From NCBI GenBank assembly GCA_964304625.1, contig OZ199839.1:759616-823615 (forward strand): a stretch of DNA of 64,000 bases. Direction: 5' to 3'. Numbering within the stretch: the stretch's first letter is position 1; each line of letters opens with the position of its first letter. Of this stretch, positions 1 to 14,298 are shown one piece after another. The notes under the pieces are model-generated. The model did not search any database and was not told the DNA's origin. It saw only the letters and a program-made list of their open reading frames with translations. This DNA is from Kudoa neothunni. Its lineage: Eukaryota > Animalia > Cnidaria. The position numbers and the translations under genes were made by a program.

Positions 1-1470
1 CTAAGGCATTAAATTTTATTATCTGATCAACTTATTATTCTTATTACATTCTACTATAAAAAATTTGTTCAAGACTAATTATAAATTATGTTAGCGTTAA
101 ACGTGCTGGAACAACAATTTTTCCAACGTTTAACAGAGAATGTTGGAGATAACGCTTTTACCCCATTTTAATCGAATCGGAATTAAGCTAAATTTAAATG
201 TTATTTTTAAAATATCAAGTTAAATCATCAGAATTATTATTTATAACTAAAGGCGTAAGAAAAAATGACAACAAATTTACGCACTATATTTTTTTCAGAT
301 TTCACTAATTTCGCCGCTACTCCATATTTTGACAGCCATAAATTTCCCTGGACTTATTTAAATAACCAATAAAGATGAAGAAAAATTGGTTGATATCTAA
401 ATTCGAGTACCTGCTGTTTTAAGTATGCTATCGGTAAACACCCCTTTTTCTAAATTAGGCGTGTAATGTTTCTAATCTCCTTGAATTATTGTAATAACTT
501 CGGACTCTTAGTTGGGTTTACGTTAAATTTTTCTTAGGCAACTTTATAAAGCATTAATTGATTTTTTCTAACTCCCCACGAATATCAACAAAATTAACTA
601 CCACATGATTAGATTTCTAAAATAAAAGTTTAAATAATTATTATATACTCAAATATAATATGAGAAATTGTCTATTTATTTAATTTATTTCAATCATTAG
701 TTTTTAACGCAAATTTGGTAAAATCGAAAATTTCGATCGTTCTTGTATATTACAAAGAGTAATAAAAAACCTTTAGTTTCTAAGAATCTGTTAATTTAGC
801 AGATACCAAACAAATACTTATTGTAACAATTCGAAAATAAACTTCCGACTGGAGATGCTTATTTTCATAGTTGTGTTGATTAATGTTCCCATTTATTACG
901 ATCTATAAGGGGATAATAAGATCACGTTAGTACTAATCAACTGTTAGCTTAATTTACCAAAAACGTATGACCGTGAAAACTCGTGTGGCCTGATTAAAGC
1001 TGATTTATTAATTAATTTTCGGTCAGAACACTCAAGTAAATGACTCTTGTATCTGTGTGGGGTTGCTCTACAAACTATTCTTTTAAACCACAACAAAGTA
1101 TTAATTATATTACAGAATCTGTTTGTTTAATTTATTGTTTATAACGATCACGTTTAATTTCGAAGATTTAAATAAAGCAGTTAAATTCGGTTTAGCTGAT
1201 ATAATCACTTAAATAACCTCATGCGGTATGGTAGGAAATTTTGTATTTAGTAAGATATTTTCCCATTAAATTAATATTATTCTTTATAATGTAAAAACAT
1301 TGAATCATACATCGGAAACGCAGTAAACCGATGTAATAAATAATTTCGAGGGAAAAAACTCAGAAGAGTTTATCCATTTTATGAAATTTAATACTTTGTT
1401 TAGTATAAAAAGTGAATGGTTACGGCCTGTTGATCGATCGATCGAACTGCAGTGCCTGTGAACTTCATCA

Positions 1471-3037
1471 ATGAACTACGTTGAAATATACTTGTTTGTC
1501 GTGTCTTTTGGATTCTACATGTTCAATCCCATATTCTCCAATTTGTTATTCCGCAACTATTGTGTCTACCGACACGGAGGAATCGTTGAACAATGTCGCA
1601 CCAATACAACCTTAAACCATATCGTCCAAAAAGATATAACAGTTTACAGAGAAATAAAACAATGGTTATTATTAGTAACCACGTTTCTTTCGCCAATGTT
1701 GGTCAATTTTCTCTCCACGAAATGGTATCCCGAGAGGCTTCTACTGCTACCATCGTTGAATTTTGCATTCGCATGCATTGTTGGTATTGTGTATGCAGCT
1801 GTTCCAACAATAAACTTGTATTACTTTGTATGTAAAATTTATTAGAGGGCTAGCCCGCGTAATTGAATTTTCAAATATGGTTCAATTGCTTTTAGATTCC
1901 GATGTATTTTGCGTTCGATCTTCTTGGATTGAGCAGCACTGCACGAGCGTTATTGTCATATTATTTGGTGAAAACATGCAAAGAAGAAAATTTACCAACT
2001 AGATTGGTACTGGCAGATTCCGCATTTATTCTGTCATTTTCGTTCAGTGGCCTAATCAAAGGTTATGTTGAAAAAACTGCTGGCTATTTAAATTCAGCAA
2101 TAATTGGGCTAACATTGATTGTATTGGCGTATTTGTTTTCGTTATTATTGGAGCGCTCGATGATCAAGGAGAAAACCTATTCGATAACAATGAAAACTTT
2201 GAAACAATCTGGAAAAGATGCCTACAACGCAATGATGAAACATCCTTTTCCATTTTGGACAATAACCGTCGCTCAATTTTTCTATCCATTTGGTAAAAAA
2301 TTATTAGCTACTAATCGAATTATGAGTATTTATAGCTGAAATTGGTGCAGCTAAGATGATAATACAATATACCAACCTGAGTAAGTATAAATTCGACCCA
2401 GTCGAACAAGGTCATATATTGTTTCTGTTGAATTTTCTCCGCGGACTGGGCTCCTTAATTTTCATACCAATCCTACTAAAATATTTCAAATGCAGACATT
2501 GGATGTTATGTTTTATATTTTCACCCCTTCAATTGGGTTTCTATATATTCTATGGAATAGCTAAATCCATTAACTATTTTTACATTGGTAGGTCAGCTTA
2601 ATTTTGTAGTGACCTATTGTGTGAATTTTATGATGTGTAGGGCCTACATTTTTGATTTTTCAAGACCTATATCAACCATTGTTTTGTTATGTGGTGGCTA
2701 AGATGTTTCAAGGACAATCACAAGGTTAATTTAGGTTGGACACACATGAAATGATTGGGGTTTTTAGCTATTTTGATTGCGTTCCATTTTGGATTGGGCG
2801 CGTTTGCTAAAAGGCTTGGTGGCATTGCGGGTCAAGCCATTTTTAGAGCCACTCTATCACATATACCTGGATTTCTTTTCTTCTTCTTCGGAACTGTTTG
2901 TTTTTTTTCAACGTTATTAGGAACGTATAAATATGTCTGTTCAATTTGACTTAAATTTAATTTTGTTTAGGGTTGGATGCTATTACTTTTTGAGATCTTT
3001 TGGGAAAGATGAGGAATGTTTGGCGGCCAAAAAATAA
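1471..3037 (+). CDS. MFS transporter, SLC46A (PCFT/HCP1 folate/heme)-like, 6 exons
   Basis: ORFs 1471, 1902, 2356 and 2755 join in frame through five GT-AG introns (e.g. 1828-1895) and end at TAA 3035-3037. The product has many hydrophobic helices and an SLC46-type first loop (C-x10-C...VQ). Confidence 0.7.
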
Positions 3038-3433
3038 TATTAATTCTCATTATGATATAGGTTATGAGTTGTGATATTAACGGTATTCGCATTGGTGTCT
3101 TATATTTAATCACAAATAGCTATTTATTTTTTCAATATTTTACAATATAATCGGTATATGCGTATACAGTAACTAGAGCCTCAAACAAGAATGCGCATAA
3201 TTGTTGGATTTAGAAAACAATTCAGTTTCTCGAAATTCAGAGGTTAGGGATATTCCCAGTAATGGGCTGGAGATTGCAAGCCTTTGTTTAGCAGAGGTGG
3301 TAAAACTGGGCCCTGAATTAGAAATTTTAGGACATACGACCGTCAATGATTATGCCAAATTTTGTGGTACATTTTTTTGAATTTTTAAATTTTTCGAAGA
3401 TTGCAACCAACAACATTTTTTAAGCTTCTAGGA

Positions 3434-4508
3434 CAGCGGTTCTTAAGCTGGGGTTCATGGACCCCAAGGAGTTCTTCGACGTATACAAGAGGTCCGTAAG
3501 AAGGTTCAATAAATTTTAATTCGATTTTATTAACATGTATCCACTATAATTAGGTATTTTTTAATATTAGCGTAACTATTAAATATTTCATATAGTCTCT
3601 TGCGTTATTATTTCTTGTAAATATTTTCGAATTGTTACAAAATTTCGTTGTGTTATAATTTATTTTGTAAAAAAGTCTATAAAAACAAAAGTCATTCAGT
3701 AGGTTATTTAATAATAACTAAAAATTTCCAAAAAATATTTCTTAATGTTGAAAACTATCTAAATAGAATGATTACTCCGTTTACAACAGCCAGTTATTGC
3801 GAAACTAGATTTCCATGCTGGTTACCATTAAAACAAAGTCACCAAATCGCTTATGTGTGTGTTGCTGTTTCGCATACTCGTCAGAATTCTGTGAATTTAT
3901 TGATACAAAGAAACTACAAAAATCTAATTAAATATTCGTTTAATGTCTATTACTTATAACAAAGTAGGATTTTTGCATTAATATCGTATTCTATTATATA
4001 AAAGTTCCTCATTTGTTAACTCTGTATTGTAATAAGCACAATAATTAACGAAAATAAAGATTTTACGTAGTCAAAATATTTCGATTATTACAAGAGCATT
4101 TTTCACTCAGGAATTTTTTTATGGATTTTACTTTTGAACCTGTATATATTAATTTAATAAATTTCATTAAATATTTTATTTTAAAATATTATACGTCATC
4201 TTCTATTCTTTCTCAAATCTTTAATAATTTATTAATAAATTACTGGGAAGGATTTTAACGTTGCTTATTTTTATTAATACCAAAAATAATTCGTTTCTTT
4301 GTGATCAAAAATGTTTAATATATATTTAAAAACAAAACATTATTAATTTACGTAATAAATATTTTAATTGAATTGGGGATATTAGATAGACACTTAAGTT
4401 TTAAATATTTGTATGTATGTTCGGATTATGCGCAAAACAGAATGGGGTCCCTGTTAAGTCCATTAAACATATTAGGGGTCCACAAGCAAGAAAGATTAAG
4501 AACCACTG
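3434..4508. mobile_element. Non-autonomous hAT (Charlie/Buster-type) element
   Basis: TIRs are CAGCGGTTCTTAA and TTAAGAACCACTG. The 8-bp TSD is ttctagga/ccctagga with a central TA, and there are GGGGTCC subterminal motifs. Confidence 0.85.
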
Positions 4509-4524
4509 CCCTAGGAGCATTTAA

Positions 4525-7500
4525 CCCTCCCCGTACCGCGTGCGAAAAAGCTACGCGTGCCGGTGGGACGCCCTTTTAATCGGTCTCAAACGTCACCAAT
4601 TATTACGAAATTAAGTTAATGCAATAATAAGCATAAGAAATAAAATGTGTCCCTCTCCAATAGCTTCAGGAGCAGATGCGAGACCAAGATGAACTGATCG
4701 CGTTGGGCCGATGTGATAAAATCAGCGCATAAATTTGAACACAAAAGATTCCGAAGATAACTAAATGAAATAAAAATCTAACTTATCCTACTAAGTTCCT
4801 TAAAAAAGTAATAGATTATGATGAAACATAGGTCCAACTAAGTGGCGTCCTGTAGAAATTATCGGTAAGATTCGGAAGTAGGAGATTTAGCCGCGCATGG
4901 AGTTTATTCTTAAGTTTAAATGAAATCATTGTTTAAAAACACCCCACATTTTCTATTTCCTACGAAATAAAATAAAAAATTATTAAGGATATATTGTCTA
5001 GTAGTTAATTTGCATTATTAATTATCATACTCCCCATGTTTTTGTGGAGGTTTTTTTATTTATTTTTATATTTCGGAATTGGTATGGGTACATTAAACCA
5101 TCCGGTAAAAGTACAGAATAATGGAAGCACGTGAGCATCAACCAAACGAAGATTAACGAAAAAAAATTTTATCGAAGTTGTTAATTTAATGTAATTTCTT
5201 CTAGAATAACCCCAAACAACGGAGTTGTTCGTTTCCGAAATAAAAATCCCGCAATCTATTTCCACTCAGGGGGGCTTGTACTGGTTCCGTTTGCTCGTAA
5301 CATTCCTTTCAAACAGAGTCACAGATTTTCAACATTTTTATTATGAGCCTGGGGATCTGTAGGATGAACAAAATTCTCCTCATTACTCATTATAATATGA
5401 TGAGTCATTTCCAAATGATTAATATTATTGTAGGTTCCCCATTCATCGGTTATGACAATGGTGCCTCTCTCAATTCATCTCTCCATAATCGATAGAAGAG
5501 ATGTCGCCGATCTGTCATAAATGAATTCTACAAAGCATTAAAAATTTTGATATGCGTCTCGCTTTCGGCAGATCCCACTGAAAACATATTGCTCTTTTAA
5601 AACTCTTCCACGATTGTGTTTTCTTTTTACAATGAAAGTTTCATCCAGCTCGACGATTTTGCCTGGTCCTCCGATTTTATTATAGATGTTTCGATCGTAA
5701 TGAAGAACATCGAATTCTCGCAGAAAACAATTCTAGCGTATGGCCGTACGAATTGCGAAATCATCTAAAATGATTCTTGATGGATAATTTCCAATATCTT
5801 TGATAATTCCATCTTTGAGTTGAAAAAGAATAATCCCACTCTAATTGATAATTCCGTATTTCAGCCATTACGCCTGCATCTCCTAATTCATTTGTCAATA
5901 ATTTCATATTGGCAAATTTTCATGGAATTTCCGCAGTTGTGACAATTTTTTCCGGCCAAAATTAGTTTGTTGTATACAAAAATTAATAACATTATTAAAG
6001 TTTGAGAAGTACGTAATAAACTGTATAAGCTTCATTTTCGCGGGGTTTATCTTAGTTAATCTCTTAATCCGTTTGGTACACGTGCGACCATTATTTGCAT
6101 TTTTACCAACCAAATAAAAGGAAACTTTCGAGTGAACCTAAGTTTTTGAAAATCCCGGGTATCCATAGTTGCAAAACTTGGGGAAATTAAATTTTAATAC
6201 TTTATGCGAATAATCCGTAACACACAAATGTCGGTTTCGAGAATTAATATTAGCATAATTTTGATTCATTTGTTAAGAACGTTTTTAAATAAGTATCAGT
6301 GCTTATTGTTACCTCCTGAATCATTCATGAATAATGGTTACTGAGGTGAGCATCGAGTGTATAATTATGAATACAATTTCCGAATATCCTATCTATTTAT
6401 GTTGATTATACACTACGTGTATAAAAATTACAGAATACTTACGGAAAATACACATAGAAATCATGTGACCCGGACCTAATCAAATAATCTAGTTATAACA
6501 ATCACTACAATAAATTACTTTCCTCTGGCGTCTGTGATTTTTACAAACAAATTTCTCGCAAGAAAAATAAGGGATGTAACTTTTTCTATCTTTAGTTCTG
6601 GGACACGTATAACGCCTGTAACGTTGAGATTTTTTGATCAAATTCTTTTCATTTATCGAATTAGTTCTGTCACGTTCACCGCTATTAAATAGAGCAAACC
6701 CCCGTCTAATTAACATTGGAAAACATTTAGAATTTTTTGGCGAGAAGCAACATTATCTTTCGTAAGCTCTACAGCTAGTTGTTTCAAAAAATGCTGACGC
6801 CGACTTCTGTCATTTATTTTCCAGTCAGAATATTTGGTGGTCCAAATAACGTAAATCCTTAAGGTCGCCATATCAGTGACGTCCATAAAAATTTTTAAAG
6901 ACCATCTATGGGTGGGCCCTGCGGAGGAATATGACTGTGTCATGTTATCTGTGTTATCAACACCTCCTTTCATCTTGTTATAGTGAAGAATCATCAAGGG
7001 GTGCTTCCTTTCATTGATTTCCAATAATGCATCATGATGATGTTCTGTTGATAGTAAATTTACCGCGTAACCTTTCTTTGGCACATACGAGACCAACGTG
7101 AAATCACCAGAAAATGCAAAAAGCGATGAAAATACTTCTCGCTTGGGAGATTTCATGAAATCTGTTGGAATGCCCCGTTTATTTCCCCTAATTGTTCCCG
7201 TCAATGTCATGTTATTGTCGCTCAATCTAGAAGCTAACTGCAGAGAGGTAACAAAGTTGTCTACGGTATACCCTCTACCAGATCCGTAGAAAGAAGTTAT
7301 TAATCCAGTAACCACTCGTTCTCCTTGACTTCACGGTTACCGTGTTTTTTCCAGTGTAAGGTTGGATACTTAGTAAATGCGAGGTTTCAACATCAGCCGC
7401 CACCTAAAGTTTAATGCCTTAACTCCCCAGCTTACTTTTTATGTACATACGAAAGGGACACTTCTCTCTAAATCGAGCTAGCCAATCGTCGACAGTTGCG

Positions 7501-7815
7501 TGACCCGGTGAATAGTATTTTAAATAAATGGCGTTAAATAAATTGAAAGTAGAACGAATTGGTTAAAATGTATGGTCTCCCAGCTCTTGTAGACCTATAA
7601 TCGAAACGTATTTTTCGATAAATATGTGTAAATCTGTCAGTTGCCGTGACTGATGAAAAATAAAATTGTTTAAATAGAGGATTTGTGTCCCAAAGATTTC
7701 GAAAAGACAACGTTCTGCCGTTGGACCACCCTGACGCAATTAAGATTCCAATAAATGCTTTGATTTCACCAGCATGTATTGCAGGAGTTCCCAGCCGACT
7801 TGGACTTGACATCAT
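4525..7815 (-). mobile_element. Decayed piggyBac element (PGBD4-like transposase 6489-7815), 5'-truncated, interrupted by a Merlin
   Basis: Motifs DNFVTS..L, TGTIRGNK and YNKMKGGVD are present, plus a C-terminal Cys-rich domain. There is a TTAA|CCCT terminus at 4521-4528. The frame is broken by stops and frameshifts. Confidence 0.85.
4831..6476 (-). mobile_element. Decayed Merlin (ISXO2/IS1016-like) element nested in the piggyBac
   Basis: Minus-strand translation near 5560-5680 gives KIGGPGKIVELDETFIVKRKHNRGRVLKEQYVFSGICR, with NFVHPTDPQAH..NVENL further downstream. The GGTCC...GGACC TIRs are degenerate and no TSD was found, so the ends are tentative. Confidence 0.7.
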
Positions 7816-8590
7816 TTATCCCCTAGACCAAATTTTTTTCACCATTTACCCCTTAACCGATAGTGGGTTTCTGCTCCATTTTAATGCGCCAAATAGCGGT
7901 AAATATCTTGTTAATGAGCAATTATTTGTTATAAATATATCTAAATAATTACAATTTCGATAAGATTTTTGATTTTAAAGGATAAAAAAATATTTATCCT
8001 AGCAGAAATCTCTAAACTTTTTTGTTTTTAAGCTCCACTACACAATAATGAAAAATCCAAATAAAGTATAAATAGTAGTTACGAGAATTATTCTAAAAAA
8101 TTATTTCAAAAAATAAGTTAATTACTCATGCGTTTTAAAACATTATTTTCAAAATAGTATAACAATTCTAATCTCAATATCAAAATATTTCTTTGATCAA
8201 TATATTATAACAAAATATAAATTAAAAATAGTATAACTGCGATTTAGCTATCTATCTAAATGTGATAAAAGAATATCTGAGACAGACTCGCATTAATAAA
8301 AAGATATGTTAATTTATTGTTACTTATAGCGAGAAAAAAATAAAAGAGGACAAAGACAACTAATAAAATTTTGTTAAAAGTAGAGTTTATATTATGACTG
8401 TTAGAAAAGTAGAAATTTGTTCGTCCTTTTAAAATTATCTAAATTAACTATAGCATATTCATAAGCACGGTATATTACTGTTCACTTTCTTATGATGTGT
8501 GTGACGTCATCTACTCTAATTTACTTTCGGTGGAGTGGCATATAAAAATTCATCATTAATCGTGTGGTTGTTTTGTTTTAGTTGCTCTTT

Positions 8591-11500
8591 CTAAGCATAA
8601 TGTCTGGGCTTAGCGAAGAATCTAAAAAGTTCACAGTAACAAATCGAAAAGCAAATTGAAATTAAATGCTTGAGTTTTTCGTCCCACAGTTTATGGTTTG
8701 CCTTCCAAAAAATTTGCATTTCTAAATTTGATGGCAATAAACTTTGTCTAAAGTCGTTAGAGACGTAGCCAGCACTGCCGGAAAAGCGCTCAACGTGATT
8801 AGAGGTTGGAAGGATGAATCTAGTATCCATATTGCAACAGGGAATGAATTTTTTCCCCATCTTTCTTTTTCATGATACATTAAGGGCAAAATCATCACAT
8901 ATTGTTAAAGATTCAATTTCTTCTGTGTGATCAGATCAGATCAGATGTATTTATTTTCAAATCCCAAACGGCACTTTGTTCCTCATAAGTCATCTCATCC
9001 AATCTTTCCACTTGAATTTTATATTTCACATTTTCAAAAGTTGGAGAGTGAATTATTTTGGGGTTGGTGTCAAGTATTTCATCCAAGCGGGGATATATGA
9101 GAATAAGTTCAACGAACAAGTATCGTGTTTCAGCCAATGTAACACTTTCTTTTTGAAGGATAAATGAAACCGAGTTAAATTTTTTCAAATGAATTAATAA
9201 TTCAGATATATCCGTATTTTCTCTTGGTGATGGCAGATGATCCATCAAATTTTTTTCATTGATGAAAGCCGGGTAAAAAAACTTTTAACTTTTCGTACCT
9301 TTCAAACATTTCAAAAGTACTTGACCATCTGGTCTGGTTTTTTTATTTCGGCCTTAGGTTTGTAAAAGTTCGCAACAATTCCGAATTTTTTAGATTCTTT
9401 AACTTTCCCATTAAATTATGCACTCTTTGAATTCAGTTTTCGTGGGGTTTCAAAAATTTCAAGACGGCCAAATTTAAGCGAAGCGAAGCATATCCAACTA
9501 ACGGGACTTGACATAGATTCGTTAAAGCTTTATTAACTTCAGCATTGTTTCCACTTATTGATATTATATTGGAAAAAGATTTCCCATATATACTCAAAAC
9601 AAATTTTAGAAGATCATAATGGCCACTTGCTGTAAATGTTGTTTCTGTCAACAATGGTGAAAATATTAAAAGAAATACTTTATAGCCGTTCGAATTTGGT
9701 GAGTTAAAAGTAGCAAAAACGCCGATATAATAGGTGGAATTTTTCGTCCACCTATCTAAAATGAGGGAAGCAAATCTTTTATTTTTATTCCGACTTTCAT
9801 TGTAACCAATTAGAGATATTTTTTAAACTTTTTGACTGAAATTGTCTCTAGGTTGGTGTAAAAACGAGTGAATTCATTTTCTACAAAATTAAATGGTTGG
9901 AATGTACAACAAACTCCATTTAGCCATCCGTAAATGGTGCTACCCTTTTTTGTAACTTCTGGCACCATTCCAAAAATAATTAAATATTTCTGGCGTTCCA
10001 ATTGACTTGAGATAGTCTTTGTGCTGGATTTTAACACGATGAAAAAGATTTGTCCACCCTGTGTTGTTTAAATTATTTCCTTCACACATTTACAACGCCG
10101 GCCATCTTTTACATAAAGGGACTGCGCTCGCGAAATATTGTGTAAACAATTTAAACTAAGTAATTGTTCGTAATTTCTTTGAAAAATGTACTAAGTTCGA
10201 CTCCCTTGTACCTCTTATGAGAAATATAATCCGATATGAAGTCATATAAGGATTCTTCATTTTTATTTGTTACGTTTCGGTATTTTCTTTTAAATCCATC
10301 CCAAGTAGATTCTATTTTGTTAGTGTGCACTCCAGTACCAGAAAAAAATGAATGTTTATGACAAACTGTCATGAAAAAACCAATATCATTGAGACAACTA
10401 TATCCTCTCCATTTGTCAGTCCATATGATGGAGTTTTCTTCGACGTTATGTAGGATGATGTTTTCTAGGACAGAACTGGATCTTTTCTTGGTCAATTCGA
10501 AAAAACATTCACCGTTATCATCGATTCCTCCGACAATCCAATATTGTTGGTTTTTTGGTAGCTTGCCAACATTATATTTCCGCCTTGTTACGGCGGGCTC
10601 ATCTATTCATCTATTTGGACGACGACGTTTCTACCTCCAATTTTGTTATGTTCTGAAGTAATTTCCAAAGTAATAATACTTCGTACCAACTCATTCCAAT
10701 ACCATATATTTTTCGTTGAGATCATTTCTACATGTTTTTGAATTTCTTTGTAAGTAATCTTACTAAATTGTATCTTTATAACGAAGAATACAAACAGTTT
10801 CCATAGCGGTAACCTTGAATGCTCGAATATTGAACAAACTCCAAGATTTAGTTTTTTCAAACAATCAGGACATCGGAAAAAATATAAATCTTGCGACTTT
10901 TTATTAGAAACACGATGCATCATTGCCCCACATATACATTTCTTTTATGAAGAGATGAGACCGAGATTTTGCGATATTTTTATTGTGTACATAGTATCAG
11001 ATTTAAAATAAGCATAATTCAACATATTGATGGAATCTATGTTCTCCAAATCGAAATTTCTTCGATAAACCGCCATTTTCCGAACGCAGTCCCTTTATGT
11101 AAAAGATAGCCTTTGCTTATTATATTTCATTTGGATCAGATAACGTATCTTTGTATCTAATGTTAGATTCACATGACCTAATTTTGATTAGTGGTAACGA
11201 CTAATTCTTAAAAGTCTTCTATTATATAAACTAATTTTTCAATGTAATGTAAATATTGACCAATTTCGATTATAATTAATATTTTAACTCAACTCAAAAT
11301 TTCTAACATCAACTTTTATTCTTTCTATGTTAATAATAGAATACGAATTCTTATGATCTGTATATCAATTTATGCAACTTTAAAAACTTTAAATACCCCC
11401 ATTTTACATTCATAAGATAAATATCGACAAATTATTTTTGTTTCAAGTCTAGATTTTTGAAACAAAAATTTGAATCATCTCTTTAAATTCACACATTTGA

Positions 11501-12102
11501 AGTATTTTTGTTTACTCTTATCTTTGTTATTATATTATATTATATTATGGTATCATTTATTATTTCTCCATGTTTGTATATTTAATTTTTGTATAATAGA
11601 CAATAATATAAATCGAAATCAATTATAACTTTAATTTTTTAATATTGAACATAGTAGGAATAATTTATGAATATATTTATTCTTATAACCGGGATAAAAA
11701 TGATTAATCGTTTATTACAAGTGTTTTCGTTAATATACTTGCCATTAATAGGGTTTTTATACAATCTAGCGCAGTGCGTTATTTTATTGGATTAATTTTA
11801 GGATTCATAAACTATTTATTTGTATTTAGGTAAGAAATATTTCCAATTTTATTAAGCAAATAATGATTATGACGAAACTGTAGTAGTTAATAACAAATTT
11901 ACTTCAATTTTTAATATTAAAGATTGATTGATTTGATAAATAAGAATCCAGCTTCAAATATTCACAATTCGTATGAAAACATACCCCTAGAAAAATTTAA
12001 ATAATTGTAATAATTGATTGTGACAGAATACAAATAAAATTAAATGATTGTAAGATCGGTAATTGATTTTTACCAACAACAATCAATTATTCCTAACCCC
12101 CG
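8591..12102 (-). mobile_element. Decayed hAT transposase (BED finger, DDE, C-terminal dimerisation), split by a Merlin insertion
   Basis: The C-terminus reads PTSNHVERFSGSAG...R.SLLPSNLE...LW. A BED-like CKC..GWTNL..H segment is split at 10100-11111. AATTGATT subterminal repeats and a probable terminus lie near 12100. Confidence 0.75.
10100..11111 (-). mobile_element. Compact Merlin element (1012 bp) with near-complete but disrupted transposase
   Basis: About 30-bp TIRs GGCYATCTTTTACATAAAGGGACTGCGYTCG. The protein has a CPDC zinc ribbon, IGGRNVVVQIDE, SIIWTDKWRGY and TGVHTNKIESTW. A stop and frameshifts are present. Confidence 0.9.
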
Positions 12103-13355
12103 CCGTAAAATCAATCATTACGTCAAATATTCAACAAATGGGGAAACCTAAAAATTAACGAATATTTGTTAAAAATTATAATTGTTTGTACCTCTCGTGC
12201 AAGTGCGTGCCTCAGTATTGCGTAATTTTTTGTTGGCCCCTTATAAGTTACACAATATTGATAGTTGATTGTGAAAACAATTTTATTAGTCTTTTTATCA
12301 ATAATTCGTATTTAACGAAATCGGAAATCAGGGATTATTTAATTTAATTTTTAAGCGGGAATAAAAGGCCGCAAAATCAATCCTATTCGACTTTATGCAC
12401 TTTTTTATTATTCCTAAAGGCATCGTACGAAATTGGCCATCTTGTGTACATATTCAAGTTAATTGTATTCTTTTTGCTATCATGTGCTTGAGAAATTTTT
12501 CCTCTCACAAGGATTAAAAGTAATCGTGAGACATTGAGTGATTCTTCCCAGAAGCTCATTATTTTAACGGGTTTTAATTATGAATGCATTGTTGCGGCTG
12601 TAAATATCTATAATTCTAATCTCTATAAAGATCAACAGCTCAATCGACTTTGATTAGTTGATTAATGGTGAGTTATTTACTTCAGAATTGGATTAGTTTC
12701 TGATTCATTATTGACTTCGTGTTAGTCAACGTCATAGCGATAGATCTCAAATTTTTGTAATGATTATAATTTGAAAAACTGACGCCATATTACATCAAAA
12801 TCCCCAACGGGATAATTTGGGAGGATTTTAAAACAACCCCTTGGTTACAAATATTGTTTACACTAACACAACTGTGCTAATTCGTAACGTTATTATAATA
12901 AATACTATAAAAAAACAAATTATATAGGAGATAATTTCGTAGGTGAATTTGTTTAGCTTAACTCCGAACCGCTCTCCTCAATTGCATGTGCGTTATCGCA
13001 CGTATGTCCGTTTGAAAACGCTCATGTATCTAGTCTGAACAATTTATTGATAATTTTAGATCTGAATCGTTGTCATTGTTGTTATGGCAAAAGAATGTGT
13101 AATATCCGATGAGAAAATTAGGCGTGGGGTGTTAAATTTTGTAAACGATTCTATGATCGCTTCATACCTACATGAAACACTTCACCAACTAGTATATTAG
13201 ACATTTCGAACCAAAATATTATTCGATACATATGATGATAAATTCACACCAATAGTTTTAAAAAGTGTAATCCTAAAAACTAATCACCTAGAATGTTTAT
13301 AGGCATAGATCATACTTGATTGTCGTTGCGCCAATATTCGGGAAAGAATCGTGAA

Positions 13356-14298
13356 ATGTCAAGTAGCAGTGTAGTTAACTAAAAGAAATTTCTTTCTCTC
13401 TATTTTTAATTTTCAAAATAGAACCATTGGGCGAATCTTGCAGGTGGAACTTCAGTTGGTTCTAAACATGGTCCAGTTTCACCAACAGGCTGCTCTGGGG
13501 AAATGGGTCACGCTGTATATTATAGTGTCAAATTTTAATCTTATCATTTTTCGTGTGCAATCATTTCAAATTGATAATAATAATAATAATAATAATCATT
13601 GTTAACATTTATCCTTTGAGGTTTGCGAAGAGAGTTTTATTGAATAACAATTTAGATGACATTCAATTTTAAATTCCTAGATGATGTACTTTTTACTGGT
13701 CTTTCAGCTTATAACAGAGCGAGTAAAATCCCGTTTGTTGTTATTGTGCATTGTGAGGCGTGTGTTTAGGAATGTCGCTATGCTGTTTGTTGATGTTTGT
13801 GATGGCGATAATATCGGAAGGGTTGAAATATTTGGAGGTACGTGCCAACACTAGAGAACGAAAAATACGCACTGCGCTTTGTCACATGAAGATGGGCGAA
13901 TACGCTAACAACAATGACTTCGCAAACGAGAACAATTTGAACTCGGGATTTTCCAATGAAGCTCCCAGAAATACATGTAGAGCTCGTAGTGCCGATATCG
14001 CAAAGGTTGACAGAAAAATCTTCTTTTCATCGTGGAGGTTTTTTTTATTTCCAGCTCCATCAAATCCTTACGTCAAAAATCATATAGAGTTTGGCTTGGT
14101 GTTCATGCGGCGAAAACTTTGCTTTACGGTGCTCGAACTACTCTAAATTATTTCCTCATGTTGGCTTCTATGACGTTTAATGTGGAAATATTTGTTTCAA
14201 TTATTTTGGGATTTATGACTGGATTTTTTATTGTATCACTGTTCCCTAACCCTTCAGCAGCTCCAGACTGCGAACTTGTTGGACAAGACTGTTGCTAA
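13356..14298 (+). CDS. SLC31A1: CTR/SLC31 copper importer, 5 exons
   Basis: The spliced product has MGHAMTFNF, a TM1 ending in EGLK, TM2 MxxxM (MLASM), TM3 GxxxG (GFMTG) and C-terminal DCC. The last intron is 14038-14087. Confidence 0.85.

Noticed and set aside
848-859. ACTGGAGATGC shared with ~32531-32541
   Set aside because: There are only two copies, with inconsistent position and orientation relative to genes and no partner TIR.
14036-14090. Apparent -1 ribosomal frameshift in the copper importer at an HIV-like T_TTT_TTA slippery site linking ORFs 13760 and 14032
   Set aside because: A 50-nt intron (14038-14087, AG|GTTTTT...CATATAG|A) of typical length joins the frames and gives a normal CTR sequence (SSWRVWLGVHAAKTLLY). 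There is also no strong downstream structure.
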